From Phoronis australis (taxonomy: Eukaryota > Animalia > Phoronida), in contig NMRA01000002.1 in the NCBI GenBank assembly GCA_002633005.1, positions 70,804 through 134,803 of the forward strand: 64,000 nt of DNA. Direction: 5' to 3'. The notes under the pieces are model-generated. The model did not search any database and was not told the DNA's origin. It worked only from the letters and a program-made list of their open reading frames with translations. Made by a program: the position numbers and the translations under genes. This document shows, in pieces, positions 12,601 through 23,054 of this stretch (its first letter is position 1; each line of letters starts with the position of its first letter).

Positions 12601-15284
12601 CTGGGCTGGACTATTTAGAATCTATGGAGGTAATAAAACAATTATCTTATCTACTGGGACCAGAAACCCTTTGTTAAACTGTATTTAGTTGCACAGTACA
12701 ACTGGGACAGCTGTATGATAAGAGCAGTGTTCACTAAGTACTGCTTTCACTGAACTTGCATGTCAATTGTAAAAGACCTATGTGCGTTTAAAAACTGTCC
12801 ACTCTAAAAGGCCTTTCTCAATGGCACTAGTCTTCCTTAGTTGCACAAAAATACATTAAAAATAATTATTGATGATGGATCTTTCAGTATGGCATCATTA
12901 TTGGTATAGCATTGTCACTGGTGATGATTTTGTACCCCATGGCCAAACCTCAGATGAGAGTGAAACACGAGAAGTATGACTCATCCGCTGACAGTACAAG
13001 AGCAGTGAATGATGACAGCATACAGGTTAGAGATTGCTAGAGCTGCTTAGGAGTTGATAGTCACTCCATCTAGTGTCTCTGCAGAGAGCCAGTCTATTCT
13101 CCTGTGGGCTGACGGCCATATTTTTTTGGTGCATAGTATAAGTCGTGAAGTACAGTCTTCAGTTTTAGGGTTTGTATGTCTGCAAACTGAGCTTCTTGGA
13201 CAGTTGACTTTGATTTGCTTGACATATGGCACGTACATATCAAATTATGTACAGAACACTTGTGATTATTTTCTGTGTTAAGTGTAGATATAGGAATTGA
13301 AGTTTATATTAAAAAGATATTGCTTTATCCCACAAGCTGTTTTTATGATTTGCTAACTTGGTTCGTACTATTTCAGCCTCTGACGGCTGGTCAAGATATC
13401 ATTATTCTCCAACCCAGCCTTGGTATGGAGTTTCCATGTGTTGAGTCTGTCCACGAGCGAGTCATGGAGGAAGCCTCAGACGGTAGGCGTCTGCTTATAG
13501 CTTAGCATAGTGTCCTTGGACTGAGGTTATGTGAAACATGAAGTTAAGGATGCATGCGGCACATTGGATTTTTCAACTTCTGGGCATGCATGAAAAAGCT
13601 TTCTGAGTGCTTGTGATAACTCTGCCTGCACTCTTAACATGACAGACTAACAGGGCATGCGCGCATAATAACCCATTGCTAATTCTTATCTAAATGATCT
13701 AAAGGTAAAGACCTTGACTTTTTTAATCTTCTTAAGTTCGTGCAATTTATAATGGGATCAAAAGCTTATCAGTTAAGGTGAGAGTGACTGTTTGGCCGAG
13801 ATGGTGGTTGTTATGATTAAACGCATTTGTGTCTTAAGACAGTTCCTAATTTCTCGTTGCAGATAATGAGTGTAAAGGTGTGGTGCTTGACTGTACTCAC
13901 GTCTCCAGGATAGACTACACGGCTCTTCAGAATGTGATTATCTGGCACAGCGAAATGGCCAAGTGTGACCTCAAGTTGGTGTTTGCATGTCTTCAGGTAA
14001 ACACTACCATCATATATACTAGAGAAGTTCTCAAAACACAAAAATGGAAACGTATCTTGAGTTCATACTAAAGCCGCCAGAACAGAAAATGTCATGAAGC
14101 ATTTCGAGTTTGATTTTGAGTAAATGTTAGTCCTTACATTTTCAATTGAAAGTTATTTTCTTTGAAAGGTGTGATGTCATCAACTTCTTCAGCATTGTCA
14201 TAAAATTCAAACTGGACTGGAGTCACAAAATTCATGAATTTGTTTGAAAGTATGTGTCTGTTCTGTGAGGAGTTTGTATAAGGCCTTGTACACTCAACTG
14301 GTGCCGAACATCCAAGAAGAAATGGCAAACCTCCTATGACCTGATTGCCTTACAGTACAAGTCAAAAGTATTCAGACAAAATGACCTAGATATAGCACTT
14401 GCTATATGAGCAGCTGATCTACTTTTTATCCCTTTTATTGTCTAGTGTCAAATCACCCATTCATGTTTATTCCTTGAACTGACCCATATACCTTTAGACA
14501 CCTAGTACTCTACATCCATTTCCATCCTCCCTATTGGCCGTATTCTAAACACGTGATTTTGTCCACCTCGGTTGATATACATTCTCCATTTTTTTTCTAA
14601 GAAATTAATATTATTTCCAAACCTTCTTCTAGTTCTACCTTCATCTTCCATCTTACTGCTTTTTCATTTCTTCCTTTTTGTGCGTTTTTGTCTACTTGTT
14701 TTGTTTTCTGCATTTAATACTTTGCTAAACTAGTGATGCTCTTTTTATCACCCATATTCTCAGTCTACGTCACTCTTTTGTAATTTCCAGAGTGTACATT
14801 TTGTACTTACCACATTCTCTTATTCCTAGTCATAATCTATGACCTTTTATTGCCTATGTGCATCTTGTTTTAATATCAGGGAACATAGATTCGTAGGCCC
14901 ATCACATGTGAGTCGATCTATCATAAGTTATTCGATAGTCATTCAGATCACCTTGTTAAGCATTCACATGAATACAAACTTCGAAGAAAGACGAGCATAT
15001 TCCAAATTCATGTCTATTAGATTCAGATATTTAGATATTTTTATTTGACTTTGTATTTTCAGGATGATGTCAAGGAGGTACTAACCAATGCAAAAATTGA
15101 CAAGTTTTCGTACACAGAGACGGTGCCCGAAGCATGTCAAGTAATTAAACATTCCAGTGATGGGCTCGGAGGTCGCAGATCTGTTGTTGAGGTCAATGAC
15201 AATGAAGAAGTCATGGTTACCATAGATGGTGCAGAAGTGTACAAAGACAAGGACTCTATAATTGAGAAAGTGTCTGGAGTGTAA
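612..15284 (+). CDS. SLC26A11: SLC26A11-like sodium-independent sulfate/anion transporter, paralogue A (~667 aa, 16 coding exons, SLC26 TM domain + STAS)
   Basis: Hand-spliced GT-AG exons: 612-769, 1883-1985, 3043-3247, 3461-3546, 4109-4188, 4935-4989, 5827-5926, 8799-8974, 9744-9816, 10245-10356, 11200-11396, 12378-12436, 12888-13025, 13377-13482, 13863-13996, 15063-15284 (2004 nt, in frame). Motifs: GDILAGLTVALTVIPQ, YGLYTAF, GPTA, ILESIAIAKAF, YRIDPNQE, ITASFSRS, STAS VVLDCTHVSRIDYTA. Exon 1 has a splice acceptor at 561-562, so a non-coding exon probably lies upstream. Confidence 0.93.
5165..5238. repeat. 15-bp minisatellite (ATCACCTCACAAACT) x~5
   Basis: Directly visible tandem units. 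Confidence 0.9.
5978..7931. mobile_element. Non-autonomous DNA transposon with TTAA target duplication (Kolobok-like)
   Basis: TTAA|GGTAGGTGTATACAC ... GTGTATCCACCTACC|TTAA: 15-bp TIR with one mismatch, TTAA on both sides, purine termini. No transposase ORF. Lies in intron 7 of paralogue A. Confidence 0.8.
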
Positions 15285-15910
15285 TTTAATTACACGGCAT
15301 TTAGCTTATAGAATTTCAACATTACCTCAAATATGTGAGAGGTAGTTAGAATCATCATTTTTGATATAAATAACTGGCAATGACGCATCAAAATGTGGTG
15401 AAATCTAACGGATTTGAACACAGTATGGTGGAAAAAGGTATTTTTTCTCATTTTTTCCATAAAGGATATGTAGCATCAAATTAACACTTCTGTGTTCAAT
15501 CTCTGTTGCCATAGCTACCAGGAGACAGTGTGAAAAAATGTTGCCATTCACAACAATGTTAGGGCCCCTTGAAAATGAAAAAGAGCAATTTTGGCAATTA
15601 GTTTTGTCGAAAAATGGTTAGATTTTACCATAGGCTTTGTTTTCAGAAATTTTGTTGAACAAATGTTCAGTCCCATCTACAATTGGAATCGTGTTCTTGA
15701 AAGCAGTTGTGGTATTTTATGTCATGTTTTATTATTTGTGGTCACCATCCTTACTGATTGCTACAACTGTGGCGGACAGTTCAAGTGATACAGGCAAAAA
15801 ATAACAGCATCATAAATTAATGAATAAAGTTATACTTCATCATGTTCAGCATGACTCGCCACTTCATGCTCCAACACATTGTTCTGAATTGTATGTCAGG
15901 TATTTGTAGC

Positions 15911-16066
15911 CACTGCTGTAGTGGTAAAAGTAGAGGTAAGTAGGTGCTGAAAGCCCACCATATCACCTTGAGCACTGCCCGTAACTTACGGTGCGTAGGC
16001 ACTACGTTCAAATGCCAAAAGGGGGTTGGCTGCGCCTACGTGCGCCTACGCCCCACTACAGCACTG
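15911..16066. mobile_element. 156-bp hAT-type MITE
   Basis: TIR CA(C/G)TGCTGTAGTGG...CCACTACAGCACTG with a perfect 8-bp TSD TTTGTAGC on both sides. A second copy lies at 48984-49139. Confidence 0.88.
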
Positions 16067-16264
16067 TTTGTAGCTGCCTGAAGATTGTACAAGCTACTGC
16101 TTGTTTTGTAGTTATTCTATGCATAATAGAACAGAAATGTGGATATTTTTCACATTTCCAGAGCAAGTGCTTATCTTTTATTTAGTGATGGACATGCTCA
16201 AGGATTTTTATATTAGCACATATGGAAGATTGTCTGCTAGACTTTATAACATCTCCGAAGTAAA

Positions 16265-16619
16265 TACTGGGATTTTCGGTAAATAACCCACCCGCTGAAA
16301 CACCCACGGGCGTTTATTTGGAGAATTTCCTCTTAAAAGCTCACTCAACATCATCTTTTAGTAAAAATTCAGTTTTGTGGAGCATTTATCATTTCTAAAA
16401 TCAAACAAAATGTTGGCGAACTATGCATGTATTGACATAAAATTTAAAAACACAGTTTTAAGTAAAAATGCCAAAGTCAGAAAACCTCTTAATCAAAACT
16501 ATGACTTTCCGTTTACACGCCCCCATTTGCTGAATAAATGCCCAGGCGTTTATTTGTCTTACTAAAATGCTTGAAAATTTTTATTTTCTGAATAAACGCC
16601 CATGGGCTTATGTACGGTA
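16265..16619. mobile_element. Probable degenerate Tc1/mariner-type MITE
   Basis: Ends in TACGGTA and contains repeated semi-palindromic AATAAACGCCC..GGGCGTTTATT units. The left terminus is degraded. Confidence 0.4.
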
Positions 16620-16910
16620 TTGAGTTTGTAATGTAATATCTAACTGTTCGTTAAAAAGGTGGTCACATGGTCAGTGGTGCTTTCAAAACTGCAGTGCTTT
16701 TAGAGGAAAACTGGCAGATTTGTTAATTGTAGGTAACTTACTTTTAATAGTGCTGGCTACTGTGTATATAAGGCTGAGTTTTATTGCTGAATTTATCTTA
16801 AGCATGACTACATATAGATTCAAATCTATTAGATTTTAACTTGATAAAAGTATGTATTTTCTGAAAGTGGGAAGCTTTTAGAATTTGATTTTTTACTTTT
16901 TATTATGATT

Positions 16911-17016
16911 TATTGAGACATATACACATGGCCATAGGCCCCAAGTATATCATGACAATGTACAAGACAGAACATGATATACTTGGGGCCTATGGCCATG
17001 TGTATATGTCTCAATA
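16911..17016. repeat. Perfect 44-bp inverted repeat with 18-nt spacer
   Basis: 16911-16954 is the exact reverse complement of 16973-17016. Confidence 0.95.
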
Positions 17017-17738
17017 GATCATATTTTATTAATCTACCATTAATTATCATGTCACATGACCATGTCTTCTAGTGAAATTTAGCAAAAAAGAAAAGTGCAA
17101 TGGTAAAAATTATACTTCAAAGTGAAATCTAAAAAATGACGTTAGTTTTTTTAATGTCATTTCTTATCGATTTATGCAATTCAGACAGAACACTTGCAAA
17201 ATTTCCAAATTGTTCTTATTCTATTTTCTGGTTTAACTGTCTCATGAATATGAAAGCTATGATGGGCATATCCTTAACCTGCATGCCAGTTGTGTTCAGA
17301 GAATGTGTTGGTCTTATATGTAGAGGAGCATTCAATGTATCTAAGGGTAAAGAGTTCAGTCCATCATGGGAAGCATTGTTGAAAGACAGATAATTTGAAT
17401 GACTGCAGAGTGCAGAATGCTACTTGTTATGAATTTTGTTGAAAAATTAATTTCCATGTTAAGGCATAGCACTATTTCTTTTATCAGACATATAATTCCT
17501 GTTTTTGCTATTGTCATGTAGTTGCTTTTAGACTGCCATGAGTTATTCTCGAAATTACAACTGCATATTATGCAATTTTCGTGTCTTTAAATCAATGATT
17601 GTGACTGTGCTCTTGATAGATTTTGCCGTTTCTGTGGGGTTCTCCATGGCAACTTTCAGACCCAGTAGCATGCAGTAGAGGAGGCCCATGGACGACAGCC
17701 TTAGGTATCCACAGTCGGGGGGGCATCTAATCTCTATG

Positions 17739-17744
17739 AATAAA
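17739..17744 (+). terminator. Candidate distal polyadenylation signal of paralogue A
   Basis: AATAAA followed by a GT/T-rich tract. Proximal alternatives exist at 15823 and 16591. Confidence 0.4.
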
Positions 17745-18425
17745 CTTTTTGACATTATTTGTTGTTAAACCGAGTAAAAAGTTTCTATTTTATGTTTCAT
17801 CCTTTTTACTTTTCTTTGTATTAGGGTCCATGCATTTGAGTAGGGAGAGGAGCATCCAATAAACACTCGCCTCAGACATCACCATACCTCAATCTGCACG
17901 CTACTGTTCTGGCCTATTCAAATCTCTTAGCCGGGTGACCCGTTGCATTCGGCTTAGTCAAACAAGTGCAGTCATGTTGTTTATCCGTTTGAAATGGGCG
18001 CAAATACACGTTTATGAGGTTATCTTGAGAGGATTTTTTTTAGTTCTGAGGTGAATTTCGCGTGACTTGAATATTGTTGAGGGAGCCCCAGTATCGAGGA
18101 CCTTCAATCAGTCGTCAGTCAGAATCTGTGTCACTGTATTCAGAGACATTACGACATCAGCATTCCATTAAACAGGTTCTTCACAAGTAAAGCCAAGCTG
18201 CATTCTTTCACATGAACGATTATACTGGGTAGAAATTAGTATGAAAGAAGTTAACTGAAACTTTAACCAGGCAATGATAGCGTGAACTAAAGTGCTAACA
18301 AACGTATGTCGCGAATAACCATTAGCGGCATTAGCAGTGTTTTCCATCTCTCGAGATCAGATAAAAATAGAAAGAACGTTGAGCTTGTAAAAATGAGTGA
18401 ACAGCCCTTTTGGGAAATTGTGGGT

Positions 18426-18441
18426 GGCCCTTAAAAGGGCC
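18426..18441 (-). terminator. Histone 3' stem-loop of H2B (plus downstream element)
   Basis: Minus strand reads GGCCCT TTTA AGGGCC ACCCA, then purine-rich AAAAGGGCTG (U7-binding HDE-like) about 15 nt downstream. Confidence 0.95.
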
Positions 18442-18468
18442 GTTGGTTGTTAACACGCAGCCAAGTGT

Positions 18469-18837
18469 TTACTTGGAGCTGGTGTATTTGGTGACGGCCT
18501 TTGTGCCCTCGCTGACGGCGTGCTTGGCGAGCTCACCTGGCAACAGGAGACGGACTGAGGTCTGGATCTCCCGGCTAGTGATGGTGGAGCGCTTGTTGTA
18601 GTGGGCCAGACGAGATGCCTCACCAGCGATACGCTCGAAAATGTCGTTGACGAAGCTGTTCATGATGTTCATCGCCTTGCTGGAGATGCCAGTGTCGGGG
18701 TGGACCTGCTTCAGAACTTTGTAGATGTAGATTCCGTAGCTTTCCTTCCTCTTCCTCTTGCGCTTCTTGTCCCCGGAGCGGACAGCCTTGGCCTTACCGG
18801 CCTTCTTCGCGCCTTTGCTGCTAATCTTGGGTGCCAT
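18469..18837 (-). CDS. H2B: Histone H2B, replication-dependent, intronless
   Basis: 122 aa [15 protein letters not shown]...[22 protein letters not shown]...[11 protein letters not shown], followed by a histone stem-loop. Confidence 0.99.
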   Translation of the reverse strand: MAPKISSKGAKKAGKAKAVRSGDKKRKRKRKESYGIYIYKVLKQVHPDTGISSKAMNIMNSFVNDIFERIAGEASRLAHYNKRSTITSREIQTSVRLLLPGELAKHAVSEGTKAVTKYTSSK

Positions 18838-19140
18838 TGTACTCGATATGTAGCTGTGACGGTTACCGAATGAAGCGCGTTGAGCCGAGCGACCTATTTA
18901 TCTCATACAGGGGTGATCCTACGAACAATGACTCGCAACTGCGCAAAATGACCAATCGCACGTCGTAGATTAAGGCTTAACAGACCGCAGCGTCCAATCA
19001 CCGTTGGTTTTTTCGATTGTCATCCGGGTAACCAGTACAGCCGAGAGAACGTTTCAATCCTCCCTGACCTCATAAATACCTTCGATTGCGCGTTTTTTCG
19101 TTCATTCGCAGTACTGTTCTCGAAACGTTAATTTATCATC
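18838..19140. promoter_or_regulatory. Bidirectional H2B/H2A promoter
   Basis: 303 bp between divergent ATGs. TATA-like ATAAATA on each strand (~18895-18901 minus; ~19072-19078 plus), CCAAT boxes at ~18952 and ~18994, and a TTCATTCG cap-site motif on both strands (~18867-18874 minus; 19101-19108 plus). Confidence 0.85.
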
Positions 19141-19515
19141 ATGTCTGGACGTGGTAAGGGAGGAAAAGCCAAGGGCAAGGCCAAGAGCCGCTCATCTCGC
19201 GCAGGACTTCAGTTCCCCGTGGGCAGAATTCATCGCCTTTTGCGCAAGGGTAACTACGCTCAACGTGTCGGAGCCGGCGCCCCAGTTTACCTGGCTGCCG
19301 TCATGGAATACCTCGCAGCTGAGGTGCTCGAGTTGGCCGGCAACGCCGCTCGCGACAACAAGAAGAGCAGGATCATTCCCCGTCACCTGCAGCTGGCTGT
19401 CCGCAACGACGAAGAGTTGAACAAACTCCTCGGTGGCGTCACAATCGCTCAGGGCGGTGTCCTGCCTAACATCCAGGCTGTGCTCCTGCCCAAGAAGAGC
19501 AAGCCAGCCAAGTAA
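19141..19515 (+). CDS. H2A: Histone H2A, replication-dependent, intronless
   Basis: 124 aa [12 protein letters not shown]...[22 protein letters not shown]...[10 protein letters not shown]. It has no SQ(E/D)Y tail and is followed by a histone stem-loop. Confidence 0.99.
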   Translation: MSGRGKGGKAKGKAKSRSSRAGLQFPVGRIHRLLRKGNYAQRVGAGAPVYLAAVMEYLAAEVLELAGNAARDNKKSRIIPRHLQLAVRNDEELNKLLGGVTIAQGGVLPNIQAVLLPKKSKPAK

Positions 19516-19543
19516 ATCACTTACTTGTGCCTCGCAAAACAAC

Positions 19544-19559
19544 GGCCCTTTTAAGGGCC
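19544..19559 (+). terminator. Histone 3' stem-loop of H2A (plus downstream element)
   Basis: GGCCCT TTTA AGGGCC ACCAC followed by AAAAAGAGCTG at ~19572-19582. Confidence 0.95.
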
Positions 19560-20900
19560 ACCACAACTTCCAAAAAGAGCTGTTCGCTTAATTGCTGTTT
19601 GTAGTTGTGTAAAGTATTTTTCTTCTCATCAAATTCAATTGCTCCTCCTGTATTTTCTTTTCGGTCCAGAAATTCTTAGCCGTCTTAAATTATTTTGTTA
19701 GTTGATTATATGCTGTCAAGGGTAAATGTCAATGAACACATTGGCAACTTGTGTTTTCTAGTTGTATCGTTTTTCAAGTCAGTTAAGGCGTAGGCAATTA
19801 CATCGCCGTGTACGCCACAGGCGATACATTGTACCCCCATGAAAAGTTTCTCGTGTCAAAATGTTGCAAAACAAACGTGCATATACAATTACATTTACAC
19901 ATGACTCTGGAGACACTTTAGTCGATATCTATCAAAATTTGTCGCGGTTTACTTGTTAATTAGAGCTTCTTTCACCGGTTGCCATTACGAGGAAGTTACA
20001 CGAAATTACGCCAGTTGATGAATAAAAAGTCCTATACACATATCTTGCGAATTCCACTCGGGTGGTCGCGAGTGCCTGTCACCCTCTTAAAAAGGCCTGT
20101 CAAAACCTACTAACTACTAAAAGGTATTCGGGACTAGGAATTCGACGGGTGATTCTTTTCAGCCGTCCATATCAAACGCAAATCTCAATTTTCACAAAAT
20201 AAAATAAGAATTCAACAAACCATTAACAATTGTTCTTTCTCCTGATACCATTTATAGCGACCTGCTCAAGTGAGTTCGCGATCAAAACAAAAATCTTCTA
20301 ATGTATGACGCATGCATGTGGAAAACACTAGCGTAAATAAGAAGGCATTAGCAATCAATGAGCAAGTAATTCTTAATGCAGAGCCCGTTTTGTGATTTCA
20401 GTTAGTTAGTTTGCCGATTTCTTAACATCCAGAAGACTCGGCAACTATGTTCTGGCTGAGAAGGCATCTCAAAATTAGGCATGAGTCTTTACTACTGCTT
20501 ATGAGCATCGCATTTGATATTTTAATATCGGTTTCACCGTGTGGGGACCTGTACTACGTAGACTCTATTTTGACTGGTAAAGAGGAGTCACTGCTTTGTC
20601 ATGAGCAAAATCGGCAAAAATTCCCCGACAAGGCGTAATTTATGAGAACGTTTATCTTGTTGCACGTAATGACTTTCTGCAATGAAACTATCGCATAGGG
20701 CCGGGAGGAGAAGTCGTTGAATGTGATCTTAATTACATTAATAGGGTCCCTATACTGACTATGCTCTAGAGATGTTTTACCCACATCGGCGCAAAGCTGT
20801 ATAATTTATTGTACAGTTGCTTTGTACCAAGGCTACCGTGATTAAAGACAAGTAGAAAAGTAAAAAAACAAGTGTACAGCTCTCTTTGGAAGTGGTGGGT

Positions 20901-20916
20901 GGCCCGGAGAAGGGTC
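20901..20916 (-). terminator. Degenerate histone stem-loop of the H3 pseudogene
   Basis: Minus strand GACCCT TCTC CGGGCC ACCCA (two stem mismatches), followed by AAAGAGAGCTG HDE-like sequence. Confidence 0.8.
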
Positions 20917-20947
20917 GTTGTTAGTACTAGAGATAGGGTTCTCGATT

Positions 20948-21441
<494 letters not shown>

Positions 21442-23029
21442 TTAAATGTGTATGTATTTCAGGCTTAACAGATAATCTGGGTCGATTTCTAATTTTTTTA
21501 TAATTTTGTATCGTAATTATAAGAACTTAAAATAATGAAAATAATTTTATAGGTTTCCTCGCAGCAGATTAAGAATAACCTTCTGTCACTCACACTGCAA
21601 ATTTTGCATCATTATCTTTACTATTTTAATTTAAAAAATATCTTTTGTTTCATCTATTGCTGAAATAGATGTCAGGTACTGCTTAAAATGAGTGTGTTTT
21701 GCCAACACAGCACAGTTACAGGGCATCTTGTGATAATAATGTTTACTTTCGATATGTTGAAGTGTAGTTGTTTAGATTGCGTCGCTGCGTCGTTTCTCAC
21801 CTTCCTCACAGGTTAACGCGACACCTCTCGGCAAGGTGAGGTCGACCGTATAAGAGGCGATGTAGATATATACCGATTAAGACTGTAAAAAGACTAATTA
21901 AATCGGGTGGCATTCTCCTTTAACCAATTAAATACGTTTAACTGTGCATTTTATCGGCTGACTGAGATTTACTATCTCCGCTAGCAAAGCTTCTGTAGAC
22001 ACTGAGCTGAGGTTGAGACTTCGATTCCACGTTGGTCGTGGCTGATCACAGAAAACTTTTTTCTCTACGATAATGCCTTTTAAACCGGCCAACAAGCCGG
22101 CAGGTGTTACTTAATTCCGAGGCGCGTCCGGGAGCGTGCCCCCCCCCCCCCTCCCTTAATAGCTGTCAATAGGTACGGGAAGTGTGACGTCGCTTTAGTA
22201 TAGAGCATAGTTCTCGGAAGGGTATGTGCCACCGCCTGTCATGTAGTCTGTTCTCAATTTGGAGTAGTTGCTGGGGATGCATGTAACGTAATAACTTTCC
22301 GTCCCTACTAATGATTACGTTTATTGCACGCCTTGATCCCATGGGCCAGCGTGTGAATCTGACCCTCTATCCGGGACTAGGCTATACATTATTCGAAACT
22401 GCCCGGCATAGATCATGATTTTGCCAATCTGGAAAAGTCCTGTAAAAATTGATGTTCCGTGAATTTTGACATACGTAGTTTGATCAAATTCGGGCAACTC
22501 TATGTTACTGATTCGCTCCTACTCAACAATTTCAGTCACCCCTAATCAAGGCAACTGTGATCACCATTTGATCGTCACATGAAAGTAACCAGTGAAGAGC
22601 TCCGCCGACCAATGCCATTCCCGACCGGTTCCACTGAGTTCAAAATACATATAATCTCGCCTTAGGAAAGTTGGCTACATCTACCTATCTCCTGCAATGT
22701 CTGCATCGTCAGAGCGTTTCTTATCTTCGTGCATGGTTTTCACATTGATGGGAAATAGTGCGAACATTAGCACTCGATGCCACTCCGTCAAGCTAAAGAC
22801 GCGAGCTAGAGACTGGACCTTCTGAGTGTTGGAGTCACGTGGTGTGAACTTGAGCTTCTCGTCTGTGTAAATCATTCAATCCCTGTGTATCCCACTAAAG
22901 CGCAACAGAGAATGGTTGTGTCATTTTGTTGAATTCTTAATGATATAGGCCTACAAGTGAATGGAAAACGCTAGCGGACGTGTTCCAGGATTTCTGGATC
23001 AGAAGTAAAGACGGTAACGTTTTCCATTA

Positions 23030-23035
23030 TTTATT
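23030..23035 (-). terminator. Candidate polyadenylation signal of paralogue B
   Basis: AATAAA on the minus strand ~20 nt downstream of the stop codon. Confidence 0.55.
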
Positions 23036-23054
23036 GCACAGACATTGTTCTTTC

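Noticed and set aside
18410-19566. ORFs overlapping or antisense to H2A and H2B
   Set aside because: Shadow frames caused by GC-rich histone codon usage.
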